A stretch of 64,000 bases of DNA from Eukaryota sp. TZLM1-RC (taxonomy: Eukaryota > Protista > Metamonada: BaSk clade): assembly GCA_040285825.1 (NCBI GenBank), contig JAUPSS010000001.1, forward strand, positions 62,001 through 126,000. The letters are read 5' to 3'. Under the pieces are notes generated by a model, which saw only the letters and a program-made list of their open reading frames with translations, was not told the DNA's origin and made no database searches. A program made the translations under genes and the position numbers. Shown in pieces: positions 60,960 to 64,000 of this stretch. Numbering within the stretch: the stretch's first letter is position 1; the number at the start of each line of letters is the position of its first letter.

Positions 60960-61541
60960 TTACAGCATTTCGTCCAGCATATAAACATATTGAGTGGAAG
61001 TTATTCCAGAATAGGGGTTTGATTTAGACCTTTTGTAGTACCAAATTAGGCCAACCACGGAAATTGCAGAAACAACTACAATAATCCATATAGTTTTCGA
61101 CAAACCTAACAACTTGAATTCTTCTGGTTTACCACAACAGAAGGGTGATAGAGCGGTGATAACTGAAGTGGAATCTGTAGACAAAGTGACATTGGTAATT
61201 AAAGACTGTTTTTCTTCAGAGCAATGACAATCAATACGACTGGCGGAATAAGATAATCGCAGGCCAAAGTCCATGGATTCGGCACTAACGTCTGAAATAG
61301 TTCCCAAAGAGGTATTCTGATGGTGCTGGGACTTACACACGGATGTATCATCAAAAGGAGTACAAGGAACAGGTTGACAGGCATCAAAGGTGAGTTGAAT
61401 TTCGTTGTGCTCCCATTTCAGAGCATGGTTAATAATAGATAGGTCAAACGAGTGATCTTCTGTAGAGAAAATACATGGAGACGCAATTACATGTACTGAC
61501 AGAAATGTAACCATAAACAAGATGCTTGACAAGATGTCCAT
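60960..61541 (-). CDS. MRH-domain (M6P-receptor/Atg27-like) type-I membrane protein
   Basis: Signal peptide, C..FDLS..FDAC..C..VC..SLG..LRLSY, TM helix, tail YSGI. Confidence 0.7.
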   Translation of the reverse strand: MDILSSILFMVTFLSVHVIASPCIFSTEDHSFDLSIINHALKWEHNEIQLTFDACQPVPCTPFDDTSVCKSQHHQNTSLGTISDVSAESMDFGLRLSYSASRIDCHCSEEKQSLITNVTLSTDSTSVITALSPFCCGKPEEFKLLGLSKTIWIIVVVSAISVVGLIWYYKRSKSNPYSGITSTQYVYMLDEML

Positions 61542-61639
61542 TTGTGACAGATGATGTCTATAACAATGGAATAAGTGTCCTTTTTACACCGATGTAGAGG
61601 GATTGAGTATTTGGGAAGTGGAAGATTTTCTCCTTGATG

Positions 61640-62285
61640 CTCTTTTCTTTGAACCTTTGACTTTTTGACTCTCTGTAGGTATACTGGTCTATCTCCACCT
61701 TTTACATGTGCTTTCATCACAGCCAACATATTCAGTGAAGCATTTCGATCTCTATTCCACAAACTTTCGCTTGATTTACACATGATAATCTTGTGACGAA
61801 TAGACATCTCTTGCCTCTTTCATGGCCTAGGATTTCTGCACCATCGGAATGTTTCAACTGTTTTCTCCGCTTTCTTACAGTTAATACAACAGCAACTGGT
61901 TCGAAACTCATCAATTCAAAAGACCTTATAACCAGCCTTTTTAAATAAAATTCTCAAACCTTTTCCCTTGGTAGGTTCTTTGAATTTCATGTGTTTTCGT
62001 TGTTCCCAGTCTCCAATCCAATAACTACTTGGATGGGATCACCAATTACTGATTTGAATCTCTGAATCATTTTTGCCTCAGATCTTGTGCGATTAATCTC
62101 AGCCCACCATCTTAGTTTCCTAAATATTTTTTGATGATAGACTTCCCAAACAATTTTATTCACAAAATTCTTTTGTTTAATATACTCCATAAATCCATCA
62201 AATCTGCAGCTTTTGGAATTGATTTGGGATGAAGTTGCTTCCCATTCTGCTACAGATTTAGTCGTGTGATCATTATTTCTCAAAT
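61640..62285 (-). pseudogene. Fanzor relic F5, C-terminal half
   Basis: NSKSC..YIKQKN, FRKLRW, IGDWEQRKHMKFKEPTKGKGLR, IDEFRTSCCC, NPRP, LWNRDRNASLNM, RPVYLQR. Confidence 0.92.
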
Positions 62286-62289
62286 TTAA

Positions 62290-62660
62290 TGAGTAATCAA
62301 TTTCGTGGGGAAATTGCTTTCTTGAGGTACTTTTCCTCTTAATAAACTAATTGTTCTTTCAGTCATTTGATTAATTATACTGCTGTTTAAACATTTTTTT
62401 TCCAAATTGATTGGCAAAATGCTTAATATGAGCTGAATCAATTGAATTGAGCTGATTTGAAACAAAAACAAATTGATTTGTGAACAATATGGTGAATATT
62501 CCACAATCATGCAAAGAAGTTTGAAAAAATTCAGGTATATTCTAGCTGATATTGATTCCAAGTTCGCTGAAATTCCTTTACTTCCGAATAGGAAGAAGCT
62601 GCTATCAAATAAGATAATAGTCTTGTTTTTTGTAGCAGGCATCCACTGGTGTTCCCTCCA
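62290..62660 (-). pseudogene. Ulp1/C48-like cysteine protease relic
   Basis: HQW..KTIILFDS, then after a frameshift QTSLHDCGIFTILF. Confidence 0.55.
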
Positions 62661-62869
62661 ATCTTATATTCTTCAAGTGTACCCATCTTCTTGAAGTTGT
62701 CCATTTTGTTGACACTTTGCTTTCTGGCAAATTGGTATTTTCATTCATCTTTTGCTTTGGAAATTTTTCTACAAGTGCACATGATCTTTTACATTACTTT
62801 TCATCATTAGCTGCCATGTTTGAGTTTTGTATTTAGACAGTTTGGTATATCTTTTTACACTAAATATTA

Positions 62870-63455
62870 ATTTATTTAATAAGGAATATGAAAACATGAA
62901 ATACACAATTTAAACTCCACATCCTCAAAATCTGCCTCCCCTACATTAAAACAATTAATTGCTGAAGATTCAGAAAATTTCCCAAATGAAGAGAGTGAAT
63001 CAGCAATTAGTTTCACCATTCGCTTAAAAATAGAAAATACAATCCTGTTTTGCCAGTAAACACGATTGAAAATTCTTCCAGTTCTCTTTTTACAACTATG
63101 TCAAAATACTGGATGAAAGCCATAGCAGCCTTACCTTATGATCCAAGCAAGGAAGACAAAAGGGACATAAATTATTTTGGGCATGAGGATTTTCATTTAC
63201 AGAAGAAATGGATTTCGTATATTTAGCAATTTTCTATTTTTCGCCTGCAAAAAAAGGATTATTTACATCTGAGTTAACGAAATGTTCGTTAGAAGAATTA
63301 CAAGGGTCTATGGACATGGTGTCTCAAACAGTAAAACTAACATTCAAGCCGGGAACAACCAAATGACCTCTTGTCAGACTCATAGAAGCTCTGTTGTGGC
63401 GGGTACTATCAATATTGGGGTCATCAAGAATTAATTTTGGTAGCAACGGCTCAAA
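62870..63455 (-). mobile_element. CRE-like retrotransposon 3' part (family F)
   Basis: EPLL, RGHLVVPGL, YWQNRIVFSIFK, ADFEDVEF. Confidence 0.8.
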
Positions 63456-63666
63456 GTTTTGTTTATTTAATTGTAAATTTAGGTCGTCTCAAAAAAATTT
63501 CTGAAAAGTTTAAACTGTAAAGGGTCCACAACAAAAATAATCAAAAACAATGTTCCAATTTCAAGTTGAACTTCCTTCTCCTAGACTATCAGATTGACTA
63601 CAGTACCGCTTTTAGAAAAATTAAACACATAAATCGCAAAAAAGTTGATATTTATAAACAAAGAGT

Positions 63667-64000
63667 CTACTCAAATAAAGGTCCTTGCCCTCCTTGTCCT
63701 GAACCAATTCCTCGTTGCTGCAACAATTTGTACCTAAAGGATTCATAACGCTGAAATGAGCAATAAAAAACCAACATACTTGAATATCTTCTGGACTGAC
63801 TGATCTTCTACCAACTTTCATTGCTTCATTGATATGACGAGCAGTGATTTCATTAACTTCTTCCATTGGAACCTCTTCTCCAGCCTGCTCCCGTCGAATA
63901 TCCCGTTCAATGGCTTCTTTGATTGCAAACTTGGCAGCCTTTTCACAAATCTCTGTCAGATCAGCTCCAGACATTCCTTCTGTTTGATCAGCAACAAAAT
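63667..64000 (-). CDS. CDC48: Cdc48/p97 AAA ATPase 3' end (intron 63751-63779)
   Basis: GMSGADLTEIC..A.KFAIKEAIE, ITARH..EAM..RRSVS..DI|RYE. Confidence 0.9.

Noticed and set aside
1-64000. Stop-codon reassignment as the cause of in-frame stops
   Set aside because: Host genes end normally in TAA, TAG or TGA; internal stops occur only in decayed elements alongside frameshifts.
1-64000. CRISPR array or rRNA genes
   Set aside because: No regularly spaced repeats or rRNA-like sequence seen.

Overview
AT-rich eukaryotic DNA from a compact protist genome. It has tiny 29-34 nt spliceosomal introns, a likely ciliary protein, and anaerobe-type NADP-GDH and Ldh_2 dehydrogenase, consistent with an anaerobic flagellate such as a metamonad (inference). 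Host genes are UTP4, BOP1/ERB1, a ~1417-aa Cys-rich receptor-like protein with a cytoplasmic B-box, QTRT2, an ankyrin protein, REI1/ZNF622, two inverted GDH copies, an atypical small GTPase, COMMD9, RAB3GAP2, a Ldh_2 dehydrogenase, an MRH-domain membrane protein and the CDC48 3' end. They are interleaved with many decayed mobile elements: at least 6 families of CRE-like (RLE) non-LTR retrotransposons with nested insertions and visible TSDs, hAT transposons, a short-LTR element, and six Fanzor (eukaryotic TnpB) relic loci. The best candidate for a new system is a decayed gene at ~48860-52620 (minus strand) in which a PolB-type 3'-5' exonuclease domain runs in frame into a Fanzor. Other highlights are a candidate Fanzor omega-RNA with GAAA hairpins, a 57-nt hairpin/intron-like element shared by the starts of two ribosome-biogenesis genes, an intact ORF encoding a catalytically dead reverse transcriptase, and a probable GT-AT intron. 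All family calls come from motif recognition by eye; no searches were run.
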